From NCBI GenBank assembly GCA_028826165.1, contig JAPDFW010000063.1, positions 868,001-932,000 on the forward strand: a stretch of 64,000 bases of DNA. Direction: 5' to 3'. Below the pieces are notes generated by a model, which saw only the letters and a list, made by a program, of their open reading frames with translations, ran no database searches and was not told where the DNA came from. Positions 43,141 to 55,119 of this stretch are shown piece by piece; the first letter of the stretch is position 1, and each line of letters opens with the position of its first letter. The DNA is from Anaeramoeba ignava BMAN (lineage: Eukaryota; Protista; Anaeramoebae). A program made the position numbers and the translations under genes.

Positions 43141-44903
43141 ATGAATGAAATTATATTTTTTGGTTCAAATAAAGAACCTATTTCTTTGGAAAACAAATCA
43201 GATAAAATATTAAAACCAATTCAATTTAAATTTGAAAATGAAAATGAAAATGAAAATGAAAATGAAATTAAACAAATTTCTTCTTCAAATGATTCAACAA
43301 TTTTCCTTTTTAAAAATGGAAAAGCAATAGAATATTCAAGATATTCAAATCAAAAACCTCAAAAAATCCAAATTGAAAATATTCAAAAAGTAACCATTGG
43401 TGATGATAACAAAGCTATTTTAACAATAGAAGGAAATGTATTTGCAAAAGGAATGAGTATTAATCCAAATAATTCAAAAGAATTTATCAATATTTCATCA
43501 TTAATTGAAGATAAAAATGATAGAGTAGTTCAAGATATTGTTTCTGGATGGGATGCGCTTTACTTATTAACTTCAAATCAAAATGCTTATGGAATTGGTT
43601 CTAATTATGATGGTCAACTTGGTGTTGATCCTCAAACACTTTAAAAACACAAAAACCAATTTTAATGATGAAAAATGTTTCTAAAATATTTTCAGGAAAT
43701 TGTTCAACTTGTGCTTTTCTTTTAAATTCAAATCAAGAATTATTTGTATGTGGTGGAAATTTTTCAGGTAGACTTGGATTAGGAGAATCAAGAAAAGAAG
43801 AAAGAATCCAAAAATTAACCAAAATTGAAAATATTCCAAAAGGCAAAATAATTGATATTCAATGTGGAAATTTTCATTCATTAATGTTGATTGAAAATGA
43901 AAATCAAAATCCAAAAAGAAAACTTTATTCATGTGGTGATTATCATTGGAATGGACTTGGGAAAGATGAAAATACTTATGAATTTACTGAAATCAAATCA
44001 TTTTTATTTGAAGATGATGATAATATTCTTGAAATTTCTGTTACATATAAGCATAATTTGATTTTAACATCTAATGGGAAACTGATAGGATTTGGATTAA
44101 ATGATTGTGGTCAATTAGGAACTGGAGATACAAATGATCAATTAATTCCAATTCAAATTGAACTTCCTAAATTAAGATTTAATGAAAATATTTCCAATTA
44201 TCATGCTCTTTGTGGTGCTTTTTACAAATCATTTTTTTATTATTCTCCTTCTTATTTTTCCAATCTTGAAGAAGATTTGATAAAATTATTTGAAAGAAAA
44301 GAATTTTGTGATATTTCATTTAAAACCAAAAATGGAGAAATAATCAAAGCTCATAAATTAATATTAAAATATAGATTAAATCAAAATCAAAATCAAATTG
44401 AAAAACTTCAAGAAATTATTTCAAATAAATCAATTAAAGAATCCAATCAAATATTTGAAATGATTTATTCAAATAGAATAATAAATCCAAAATTATATTC
44501 TGAAATTAAAGAAATTATAAATTCAAATGAAAAAATTGAAGAAACAATGAAAAGAATTTATGAAAATGAAAATGAAAATGAAAAAGATTTTATAATTGAA
44601 AGAAAAGAAAAACAATATAAATTTCCAAAATTAATATTGATAATGAGAAGTGAATTATATCGAGGAATGTTTTTATCTGTAACAGAAGATAAATCTAATA
44701 AAGTTACAGATTATAGTGAATTAAGTAATAAATCATTTCAAATATTTGAATATTGGATTTATTCAAATCAAATTAAAAACGAAATTGAAATTACACAAGA
44801 AATCATCGATGAAATTGAAATTGGAATTGATTATTTTCAATTAAATCAAACAAATCCAAATTTATTTGATTTATTAATTAAAAAATTTAATAATCAAAAT
44901 TAA
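43141..44903 (+). CDS. RCC1-like propeller + BTB protein, copy 5 (-1 indel at ~43643)
   Basis: Two ORFs colinear with the intact copies. Confidence 0.87.
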
Positions 44904-45559
44904 AATTAAAATTAAAATTAAAATTAAAATTAAAATCAAAATTAAAATCAAAATTAAAATTAAAATTAAAATCAAAATTAAAATTAAAATTAAAATCAAA
45001 ATTAAAATTAAAATTAAAATCAAAATTAAAATTAAGATTAAAATTAAAATTAAAATTAAAATTTAAATTAAAATCAAAAATCAAAATCAAAATTGAAATT
45101 AAAATTCAAATTAAAATTCAAATTAAAATTAAAATTAAAATTAAAATTAAAATTAAAATTAAAATTAAAATTAAAATTAAAATTAAAATCAAAATTAAAA
45201 TTTAAAAATCAAATTTAAAATTAAAATTAAATTTAAAATCAAAATTAAAATAAAATATCAAATCAAAATTTAAAATTAAAATTAAAATTAAAATTAAAAT
45301 TAAAATTAAAATCAAAATTCAAATCAAAATTAAAATTAAAATTAAAATTAAAATTAAAATTAAAATTAAAATTAAAATTAAAATTAAAATTAAAATTAAA
45401 ATTAAAATTAAAATTAAAATTAAAATCAAAATTCAAAATCAAATTCAAATTAAAATTAAAATTCAAATTCAAATTAAAATTAAAATTAAAATTAAAATCA
45501 AAATCAAAATCAAAAAAATTTTTTTAATTTTTCATTTTTTCATTTTTTTCTTTTCTAAA

Positions 45560-47334
45560 ATGAATGAAATTTTATTTTTTGGTTCAAATAAAGAACCTAT
45601 TTTTTTGGAAAACAAATCAGATAAAATATTAAAACCAATTCAATTTAAATTTGAAAATCAAAATGGAAATGAAAATGAAAATGAAAAACAAATTAAACAA
45701 ATTTCTTCTTCAAATGATTCAACAATTTTCCTTTTTAAAAATGGAAAAGCAATAGAATATTCAAGATATTCAAATCAAAATCCTCAAAAATCCAAATTGA
45801 AAATATTCAAAAAGTAACCATTGGTGATGATAACAAAGCTATTTTAACAAAAGAAGGAAATGTATTTGCCAAAAGGAATAGTATTAATCCAAAAAATACA
45901 AAAGAATTTATAAATATTTCATCATTAATTGAAGATAAAAATGATAGAATAATTGAAGATATTGTTTCTGGATGGGATGCACTTTATTTATTAACTTCAA
46001 ATCAAAATGTTTATGGAATTGGTGCTAATTATGATGGTCATCTTGGTTTTGATTCTGAAACACTTTATAAAACAGAAAAACCAATTTTAATGATGAAAAA
46101 TGTTTCTAAAATATTTTCAGGAAATTGTTCAACTTGTGCTTTTCTTTTAAATTCAAATCAAGAATTATTTGTATGCGGTGGAAATTTTTCAGGAAAACTT
46201 GGATTAGGAGAATCAATAAAAGAAACAAAAATCTATAAATTAACCAAAATCCAAAATATTCCAAAAGGCAAAATAATTGATATTCAATGTGGAAATTTTC
46301 ATTCAATAATGTTGATTGAAAATGAAAATCAAAATCAAAATCAAAAAAGAAAACTTTATTCAAGTGGTGATTATCATTGGAATGGACTTGGCAAAGATGA
46401 AAATACTTATGAATTTACTGAAATCAAATCATCTTTATTTGAAGATGATGATAATATTCTTGAAATTTCTGTTACATATAAGCATAATTTGATTTTAACA
46501 TCTAATGGGAAACTGATAGGATTTGGATTAAATCAATATGGTCAATTAGGAACTGGAAATACAAATGATCAATTAATTCCAATTCAAATTGAACTTCCTA
46601 AATTAAGATTTAATGAAAATATTTCTAATTATCATATTTCTTGTGGTGCTTTTTACAAATCATTTTTTTATTATTCTCCTTCTTATTTTTCCAATCTTGA
46701 AGAAGATTTGATAAAATTATTTGAAAGAAAAGAATTTTGTGATATTTCATTTAAAACCAAAAATGGAGAAATAATCAAAGCTCATAAATTAATATTGAAA
46801 TATAGATTAAATCAAAATCAAAATCAAATTGAAAAACTTCAAGAAATTATTTCAAATAAATCAATTAAAGAATCAAATCAAATATTTGAAATGATTTATT
46901 CAAATAGAATAATAAATCCAAAATTATATTCTGAAATTAAAGAAATTATAAATTCAAATGAAAAAATAGAAGAAACAATGAAAAGAATTTATTTAAATGA
47001 AAATGAAAATGAAAAAGATATTATTATTGAAAGAAAAGAAAAACAATATAAATTTCCTAAATTAATATTAATAATGAGAAGTGAATTATATCGAGGAATG
47101 TTTTTATCTGTAACTGAAGATAAATCTAATAAAGTTACAGATTATAGTGAATTAAGTAATGAATCATTTCAAATATTTGAATATTGGATTTATTCAAATC
47201 AAATTAAAGAAGGAATTCAAATTACACAAGAAATCATCGATGAAATTGAAATTGGAATTGATTATTTTCAATTAAATCAAACAAATCCAAATTTATTTGA
47301 TTTATTAATTAATAAATTTAATAATCAAAATTAA
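45560..47334 (+). CDS. RCC1-like propeller + BTB protein, copy 6 (-1 indel at ~45790)
   Basis: Closest to copy 5; A5 versus A6 in CCTCAAAAA(A)TCC. Confidence 0.87.
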
Positions 47335-47940
47335 AATTAAAATTAAAATTAAAATTAAAATCAAAATTAAATTCAAAATTAAAATTAAAATTCAAATTAA
47401 AATTAAAATTAAAATTCAAATTAAAATTAAAATTAAAATTAAAATTAAAATTAAAATTAAAATCAAAATTAAAATTAAAATCAAAAATCAAAATCAAAAT
47501 TCTAATTAAAATTCAAATTAAAATTGAAATCAAAATCAAAATTAAAATTAAAATTAAAATTAAAATTAAAATTAAAATTAAAATTAAAATTCAAATTAAA
47601 ATTAAAATTAAAATTAAAATTAAAATCAAAATTAAAATTAAAATTAAAATTAAAATCAAAATTAAAATTAAAATCAAAATCAAAATTAAAATTAAAATTA
47701 AAATTAAAATTAAAATTAAAATCAAAATTAAAATTAAAATTTAAATCAAAATTAAAATCAAAATCAAAATTCAAATTAAAATTAAAATTCAAATTAAAAT
47801 TAAAATTAAAATTAAAATTAAAATTTAAATCGATATTAAAAATTCAAATTAAAATTAAAATTAAAATTAAAATTAAAATTAAAATTAAAATCAAAAATTA
47901 AAATCAAAATTCAAATTAAAATTCAAATTAAAATTAAAAT

Positions 47941-47991
47941 TTTTTTTCATTTTCATTTTTTTCATTTTTTCTTTTCAAAAAAAAAATATTA
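47941..47991 (+). promoter_or_regulatory. Candidate initiator-like core promoter (tandem TCATTTT) upstream of the ARM gene; representative of a motif found before most genes here
   Basis: Three TCATTTT copies lie ~20-45 bp before the ATG. The same motif, on the sense strand, precedes the six RCC1-BTB copies, actin, CCT3, Rab, NHE copy 1, bZIP, Ras, MKT1 and copine. Confidence 0.55.
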
Positions 47992-49007
47992 ATGGATATT
48001 AATGATATTTTAAAAAATTTCAATGAAAGATTGGAAAAAGTTGAATCCAAACTTGAAAAAATTGGAGAAAATTTTAGAGAAATTGAAAAAAGATTTGAAA
48101 ATCGATTCCAAAAAATTGAAGAATCAATTCAAAGAATAGGAACATTTTCAACTCAAGAAGAAAAAAAAGATTTTGGAATTCAAGATATTATTCCAATTCT
48201 AAATCAATTTGAAATTTCAAATCAAAGAAAAATAACAAAAACAGAAACAGATAATCTTGAAGAAATTGAAGCTCAAGAATTCCTTCAAAAATTTAGAGCT
48301 GGTGAATGTAAAACAATTTCAATAAATCCTATTTTTATTTTTATTTTTATTTTTATTTTTATTTTTATTTTTATTTTTATTTTTATTTTTATTTTTATTT
48401 TTAATTTAGATCAAGACAAAAAATTGGATTCTTTACTTGATCAAATTGCAAAATGGATTCTTACATTTCCTTTAAATCCTGATATTCAAGAAAATGGATC
48501 TTTTCTTTTGAGTCAATTTTCAGAGCAAAATGAAAGTAAAAAAAAATAATTTTATTTCTTTTATATTTTTTCCACTTTTTGATAAATTCCAAAAAAATAA
48601 AATAGATCCTCAATTTAGATATAAAGACAATGTTATTGAATCAATTATTAAATCAATGAATAATTTCCCAACCAACTCCCAAATTCAATTACAAGGAGGA
48701 AATTTCTTATTAAATTTACCTTTTCCAAATGATAGTAAATAATTATTTTTTTTTTGTGAATGATTTTGATTTTTATTTTTATTATTTTTTGGATAATCAA
48801 TAATAGTCACTAAAGAACAAATTGAAAAATTGAAAGGAATTCCACTTATAATCAAAACAATGAATAATTTCCCTAATGATGAAAATATTCAATTAAAAGG
48901 ATGTGAAGCTTTAATGAAAATTTCAGAAGATAATTCTGGTATTTTTATCACTTTACTGATTTTTATCCATATTGAATAAACTCATTTTAATCAAAAATAA
49001 TAATAAC

Positions 49008-49044
<37 letters not shown>

Positions 49045-52000
49045 GTTAATGCTGTTCAAATTCGAGCTCATAAAGGAATTGAAACAATTATTAATTCAAT
49101 GAGAAAATTACCGAAAAAAGAAATCCAATTTTTTGGATGTCAAACTTTAAAACATTTGGGGAAAGACAAAGGTTTTTCTTTTTTAGGAATAAATTCATAA
49201 CTATCTTCTTTTTCTTTTGAAAACAAAACTAAAAACAAAAATAGAAAGTAAAAATGAAATTAGTTCATTAAAAGGAATTACATTATTATTTGACATTTCC
49301 AAAGAATTTCCAGATGATGAAATTTTTCAACTTACTATCCTTCAAGCTTTATTTAATATTTCTCAAAATCATCTCAGTAACTTTTAAAAATACAAACAAA
49401 AAACAACAACTTTTTTATTTTGAAATGATTTTTCATTTAAAAAAAATAGGTAATATATCGGATATTGTTAAATTTAATAGAATTCATAAAATCATTGATA
49501 TAATGAAAAAATTCCCAAATAACTATGTAATTCAATATACTGGTTGTTCAATTTTGAATAATATTTATTCATCAAGCTTAAGTAATTCAATCATTTCCAA
49601 AATTAATCACCAAAATAAAAAAATTAAAATATTAAATTTAAATCAAATTAAATCAAATCAAAATCAAATTAAATTAAAATCAAAATCAAATCAAAATCAA
49701 ATCAAAATCAAATCAAAATCAAATCAAAATCAAATCAAATTAAATCAAATCAAAATCAAAATCAAAATCAAATCAAATTAAAATTAAAATCAAAATCAAA
49801 ATCAAAATCAAAATCAAATCAAAATCAAAATAATCAAAATCAAAATCAAATCAAATCAAAATCAAATCAATATCAAAATAATCAAAATCAAATTAAATTA
49901 AATTAAAATCAAAATCAAATCAAATTAAAATTAAAATCAAAATCAAAATCAAAATCAAAATAATCAAAATCAAATAATCAAATCAAATTAAATCAAATCA
50001 AATTATCATTATAATTAAAACAGAGGATCATGGCTTAAATGCAACAAATAACGTAATTGAACAAATCATTAAATCAATGAGCAATTTCCCAAATGATCTT
50101 GAATTACAAAACCAAGGCTTCGAAGCTTTAAAAGAAATATCTTATGATAATTTTGGTATTTGGAATTTGATACTCAATTTTACATTGAGGAAAAACCCAA
50201 AAAATTGATTCTCTTCTTTTTCTTTTTCATTTTAAATTTGAATAGATAATCAAAACGAAATTCGAAAATTAAATGGAATTAAAACAATTATTCATGGATT
50301 GAATTTTTTTTCCTCAAATTCAGAAATTCAAAGAACTGGAATTCTTACTTTATTATATATAATAAGAAATAATGAAGGTATCAGAAAAAGAAAAATTTTG
50401 ATTTTCCCAAATTCCAAATTATTTATCCACTTTTTTTTATCCAAAAAACAAAAAAAAAAGAAAATCAAAAAAATTTTATTGAATTAGGTGGATTAAAACC
50501 AATAATGAAAGTATTAAATCACTCTTTTAATCATCCAAAAACCAAGCAAATATGTTTCCAAATACTTCAATTATTAATCTCTTTTTTTGGTGATTTAAAA
50601 AACAAAATTTTTTTCTCATTTCTTAATATAAAATTAATTTGATTCTTTCTTTTTAAAAAAATAGGAATGGATCAAGTAAATCAACTTATAAAAAAAAAAC
50701 AAAAAATCCCACTTTTTTTTTACTTAAAATATTAAAAGAAAACAATGAATGAAAAAGGTGAAATTGAATTTATTATTCAAGTAATGAAGAGTAGCTTACA
50801 TAACAAACATATCCAGAACTATGGAATAAATATTTGTTTAAAATATTTAAATCAAGTTCAAGGTATTTTAAAAAAAAATAATTTAAAAAATCGTTTACCA
50901 AATTCAATAAAAAAAAACAACAGGTTCTTTCAAACAATTTAATTTACCACAAATTGAAGTAATTATAAGTTCTATCAATACTTTCCCTAAAGATCAAGAT
51001 ATTTTAAAGAAAGGAACTGAAATTTTATGTTTAGCATCACAAAAAAATAGTAATCAACTTTATCTATGATTTTCTAAAACTTAAAATTAAATCAATATTA
51101 AATCAATATTAAATCAAAATTAAATCAAAATTAAATCAAAATTAAATCAATATTAAAATCAAAATTTAAATTAAAATCAATATTAAATCAATATTAAATC
51201 AAAATTAAATCAAAATTAAATCAATATTAAATCAATATTAAATCAATATTAAATCAAAATTAAATCAAAATTAAATCAAAATTAAATCAAAATTAAATCA
51301 AAATAAAATCAAAATTAAAATCAAAATTTAAATTAAAATTAAATCAATATTAAATCAAAATTAAATCAAAATTAAATCAATATTAAATCAAAATTTAAAT
51401 TAAAATCAATATTAAATCAAAATTAAATCAAAATTAAATCAAAATTAAATCAAAATTAAATCAATATTAAATCAAAATTAAATCAAAATTAAATCAATAT
51501 TAAATCAATATTAAATCAAATTTAAATCAAAATTAAATCAAAATCAAATCAATATTAAATCAAAATTAAATCAATATTAAAAGATGTGACTAATATACAG
51601 ATGATACCTGCTTTACTTCATTCAATTAATAATATTATCACAGATCAGGAAATTATTTTAAATGGATTTTTTCTTTTGAACAAAATTATTTTAGCCAAAT
51701 TTTGTATTTCAAAGAAAAAAGAACGAATAATCCAAAAGAAAAAAAAATTGTTTTAACATTTTTATCTAAATTTAAAAATAGCTCAAATTGATGAAATGAG
51801 AAAAATATTTTTTGATTCCAAAGGATTTCACACAATAACTAATTTAATGAATTCTCTTTCAATAAATAAAGATGTACAAATGGCTTCATGTGAAATTTTA
51901 CAAGAACTTTCTGCGAATTCTAATGGTAAATTTTTTTTATTCTCATTTATCATTTATTCAAAAAAAAATCAAACAAAATTAGAAGTGAAAAATCAAATTA

Positions 52001-53856
52001 GAGAAGCTAATGGAATTGAAGCAATACTCAATTTATTTTATACTTTTCCTAAAACTGAACAAATTCAAAATCAAGCTTTTTCTATTCTTAGAACTCTCAC
52101 TTTTAATAATGAAAGTAAAAGATTAAAAAAATTCAAAATGAAATGGACAAATATTAAAGATATTGTTTTGTTTCTTCTTCTTAGTTAATAAATCTAAAAT
52201 CAAAGAGTTGAAAGGGATAGAATTGATTGTCAAATCTATTTACGAATTTCCGAAATCTATGTATTTAATTTGCAAAGCTTGTGATGTCCTTTATAATCTT
52301 ATTTTTGATATAGAAGGTTAAATCAAAATCAAAATTAAATCAAAATTAAATTAAATTAAATTAAATTAAATCAAATTAAATCAAATCAAATCAAAATCAA
52401 ATCAAATCAAATCAAATCAAATCAAATCAAATCAAATCAAATCAAATTAAATCAAATCAAATCTAAATTAAATCAAATCTAATCAAAATTAAATTAAATT
52501 AAATTAAATTAAATCAAATCAAATTAAAATCAAATCAAAATCAAATCAAATCAAAATCAAATCAAATCAAATCAAATCAAATTAAAATCAAATCAAATCA
52601 AATCAAATCAAATCAAATCAAATCAAATCAAATCAAATCAAATCAAATCAAATTAAATCAAATTAAATCAAAATTAAATCAATCAAAATCAAATCAAAAT
52701 TAAATCAAATCAAATTAAATCAAATTTAAATTGTTTTTCATTAAAATTTATTTTTTTAATTGTAGAACTTGAAAAACAACCCAAAGTAAGGAATCTATCG
52801 ATTAATTTCTTTATAACTTTCAAAAAAAAAATTGTTTTTTTTACATTCTAAGTGAATTTAAACTGAAATCAAAATAGGAAATTATATCAAGTTCTTTGCA
52901 TTTTGAAGGAATTGAAGAAACAATCAAAAAAATGAATTTATTTCCAAATAATGAAGATATCCAAAAATATGGTTCCCTTATTTTAGGGAGTATATCATTT
53001 TCTACAGATTCATTTGATAATGGTAATTCCAAAAAATAAACAAAGATTAATTGATAAAAATTTATTATTTTTTCCTCATTCAAAAAAAAAAACCAAAGAA
53101 AATATTCCTCAAATAATCAAACTGAAAGGAGTAGACTCAATAATAAAAGCAATGAGTAATTTTCCAAATCATTCAGAAGTTCAGTTTCTTGGATTAACTG
53201 CATTAGGAAATTTATCTGGTTCAGAAAGTAAAAACTATTATTATTATTATTATTTAGATTCAAATTCAAATTCAAACAAAAATAGATGGAAGAACTACAG
53301 TTAGAAAATCAAAAGGAATTGAAACACTTATTAAAACAATGGCTAATTTTCCAAATGATGAAACAATTCAATCTAAAGCATGTTGGACTTTTTCTCAAAT
53401 GGCACAAGATTCTTGTAAATTTATCCTTTCATAAAAAATACAAAATCAAAACAAACTTATATTGAATTCTTTCTCTCAAAAAAAATAATAATATTTTTAT
53501 TTAAATAGCAAATGTTTCAAAATTTAAGAAAGAAAAAGGAATTGAAATGATTTTACAAGCAATGACAACTTTTCCAAAAAGTGAAAACACTCAACTTTAT
53601 GGATGTTCTTCTTTATTAGCAATTATAACGAGCCGTAAAAGTAATAATTTCGAATAATACTTATAATAAAAAAAATAGATAAAATGGAACAATTTTTTAT
53701 ATTGATTTAAATTAATCAATAATATTTTTTTTAGGCAATCAAAACGAAATTCGAAAATTGAAAGGAATTGAAATTATATCAAACGCAAAACAAGTTTTCC
53801 CACAAAATGATAAACTTCAAAAATTTGCGGATTTTCTACTTCAAAATCTTAATTAA
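47992..53856 (+). CDS. Armadillo-like repeat protein (aardvark/LRRK2-N-terminal-type repeats): N-terminal coiled coil plus 20 repeats, 23 exons, 983 aa
   Basis: Exons: 47992-48307, 48410-48535, 48606-48734, 48807-48938, 49046-49171, 49245-49376, 49450-49581, 50024-50155, 50246-50377, 50461-50589, 50665-50675, 50739-50862, 50924-51049, 51584-51703, 51782-51925, 51983-52114, 52185-52316, 52766-52785, 52878-53022, 53099-53227, 53286-53414, 53509-53640, 53735-53856. Total 2,952 nt with no internal stop; repeat consensus I..LKGIE.II.sM..FP.d..IQ..Gc..L..l. Confidence 0.88.
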
Positions 53857-53983
53857 GGATTTTTTTAATTAATTTTTTTTTTCAATAATTTTTAATTAAT
53901 TAAAAAATTCATTTTTTTTCCTTTTGCATTTATTTTTTGATTTTTTGATTTTTTTGCATTTATTTTTTTTTTGGAGAATTAAA

Positions 53984-55117
53984 ATGGAAAAAGAATTAGA
54001 TCACAAAACGATAGTTATTGATAATGGATCAAGATATACCAAAGCAGGATTTGCAGGAGATGATTTACCAAGAAGTGTTTTTGAAACAGTAATTGGAAAA
54101 CCAATCAATCCAAGAATTTTTATTGGATCAGAGAAAAAAGAATATTACATTGGAGATGAAGCACGATCCAAAATGGGGATTTTAAGATTGAGATATCCAA
54201 TAGAAAATGGAACTGTTTCAAATTGGGATGAAATGTCGAAAATTTGGAAATTTATTTTTGAGGAAGAATTAAGAGTTGAATCTGAAGAATATTCAGTTTT
54301 ATTATCAGAAAAATCATTCAATCCAAAATCAAATCGAGAAAAAGCAATGGAAATTATGTTTGAGGAATTTAAGGTTCCAGGATTTTGTTTAGTGAATTCA
54401 GGAGTTTTATCGTTATATTCAACAGGAAGAACAACAGGAGTTGTTGTTGAAATTGGGGATTCAGTTTTGCAATCAATTCCTATTTACGAAGGATTTAGTT
54501 TGAATCATTCTATCAATACAATTTTTTTAGGAGGAAGAGATTTGAATGATTATTTTATTAAAATATTATGTGAACGATTTTCGCTAATTACTGATGGAAG
54601 TTATCGGGATGGATATCGGGAAATCAAAGAAAAAGTTTGTTATGTTGCTTTGGATTTTGAGAAGGAAATGGATGTTTCAAATCAACCAAATGTTGAGAAA
54701 GATTATGAATTTTCTCAAGGAGAAATTGTCACATTTGGAAATGAAAGATTTAGATGCCCAGAAGTTTTGTTTCAACCTTCTTTTCTTGGGATGGAGCAAC
54801 CAGGTGTTCATGAGATGATTTATAATTCTATCATTCATTCTGATCTTGATAATCAAAGTGAATTTTTTCGAAATATTGTTTTATCAGGTGGTTCAACATT
54901 ATTTCCTGGAATAAAAGAAAGGATCCAAAAAGATGTTTCTGATTTAGTTCCTAAAAATGTGGAAGTTAAAGTTATTGCTCCTTCTGAAAGGGAATATGCT
55001 GTTTGGATTGGAGGATCAATATTAGGATCTATTTTTGATTTTGAAAAAATGAAAGTTAGCAAGAATGAATATTTAGAGTTTGGAAATAAGATTATTGACA
55101 GAAAATGTTTTTTTTGA
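53984..55117 (+). CDS. Divergent actin / actin-like protein, intronless, 377 aa
   Basis: IVIDNGS..TKAGFAGDDLPRSVF, LRYPIENG, NPKSNREK, GNERFRCPEVLFQPSFLG, NIVLSGGSTLFPG, VWIGGSILGS, terminal RKCFF. First ATG at 53984. Confidence 0.93.
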   Translation: MEKELDHKTIVIDNGSRYTKAGFAGDDLPRSVFETVIGKPINPRIFIGSEKKEYYIGDEARSKMGILRLRYPIENGTVSNWDEMSKIWKFIFEEELRVESEEYSVLLSEKSFNPKSNREKAMEIMFEEFKVPGFCLVNSGVLSLYSTGRTTGVVVEIGDSVLQSIPIYEGFSLNHSINTIFLGGRDLNDYFIKILCERFSLITDGSYRDGYREIKEKVCYVALDFEKEMDVSNQPNVEKDYEFSQGEIVTFGNERFRCPEVLFQPSFLGMEQPGVHEMIYNSIIHSDLDNQSEFFRNIVLSGGSTLFPGIKERIQKDVSDLVPKNVEVKVIAPSEREYAVWIGGSILGSIFDFEKMKVSKNEYLEFGNKIIDRKCFF

Positions 55118-55119
55118 AG

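Larger units (their letters stand above)
37899..47940. repeat. (AAAATT/AAAATC)n spacers between RCC1-BTB copies: 37899-38510, 40355-40935, 42767-43090, 44904-45510, 47335-47940
   Basis: Seen directly; each spacer starts at the stop codon of the preceding copy. Confidence 0.9.

Noticed and set aside
34321-47334. Diversity-generating retroelement as the source of RCC1 loop variation
   Set aside because: No reverse transcriptase or template repeat in the window, and variation is spread over many loops with no evident adenine-only pattern.
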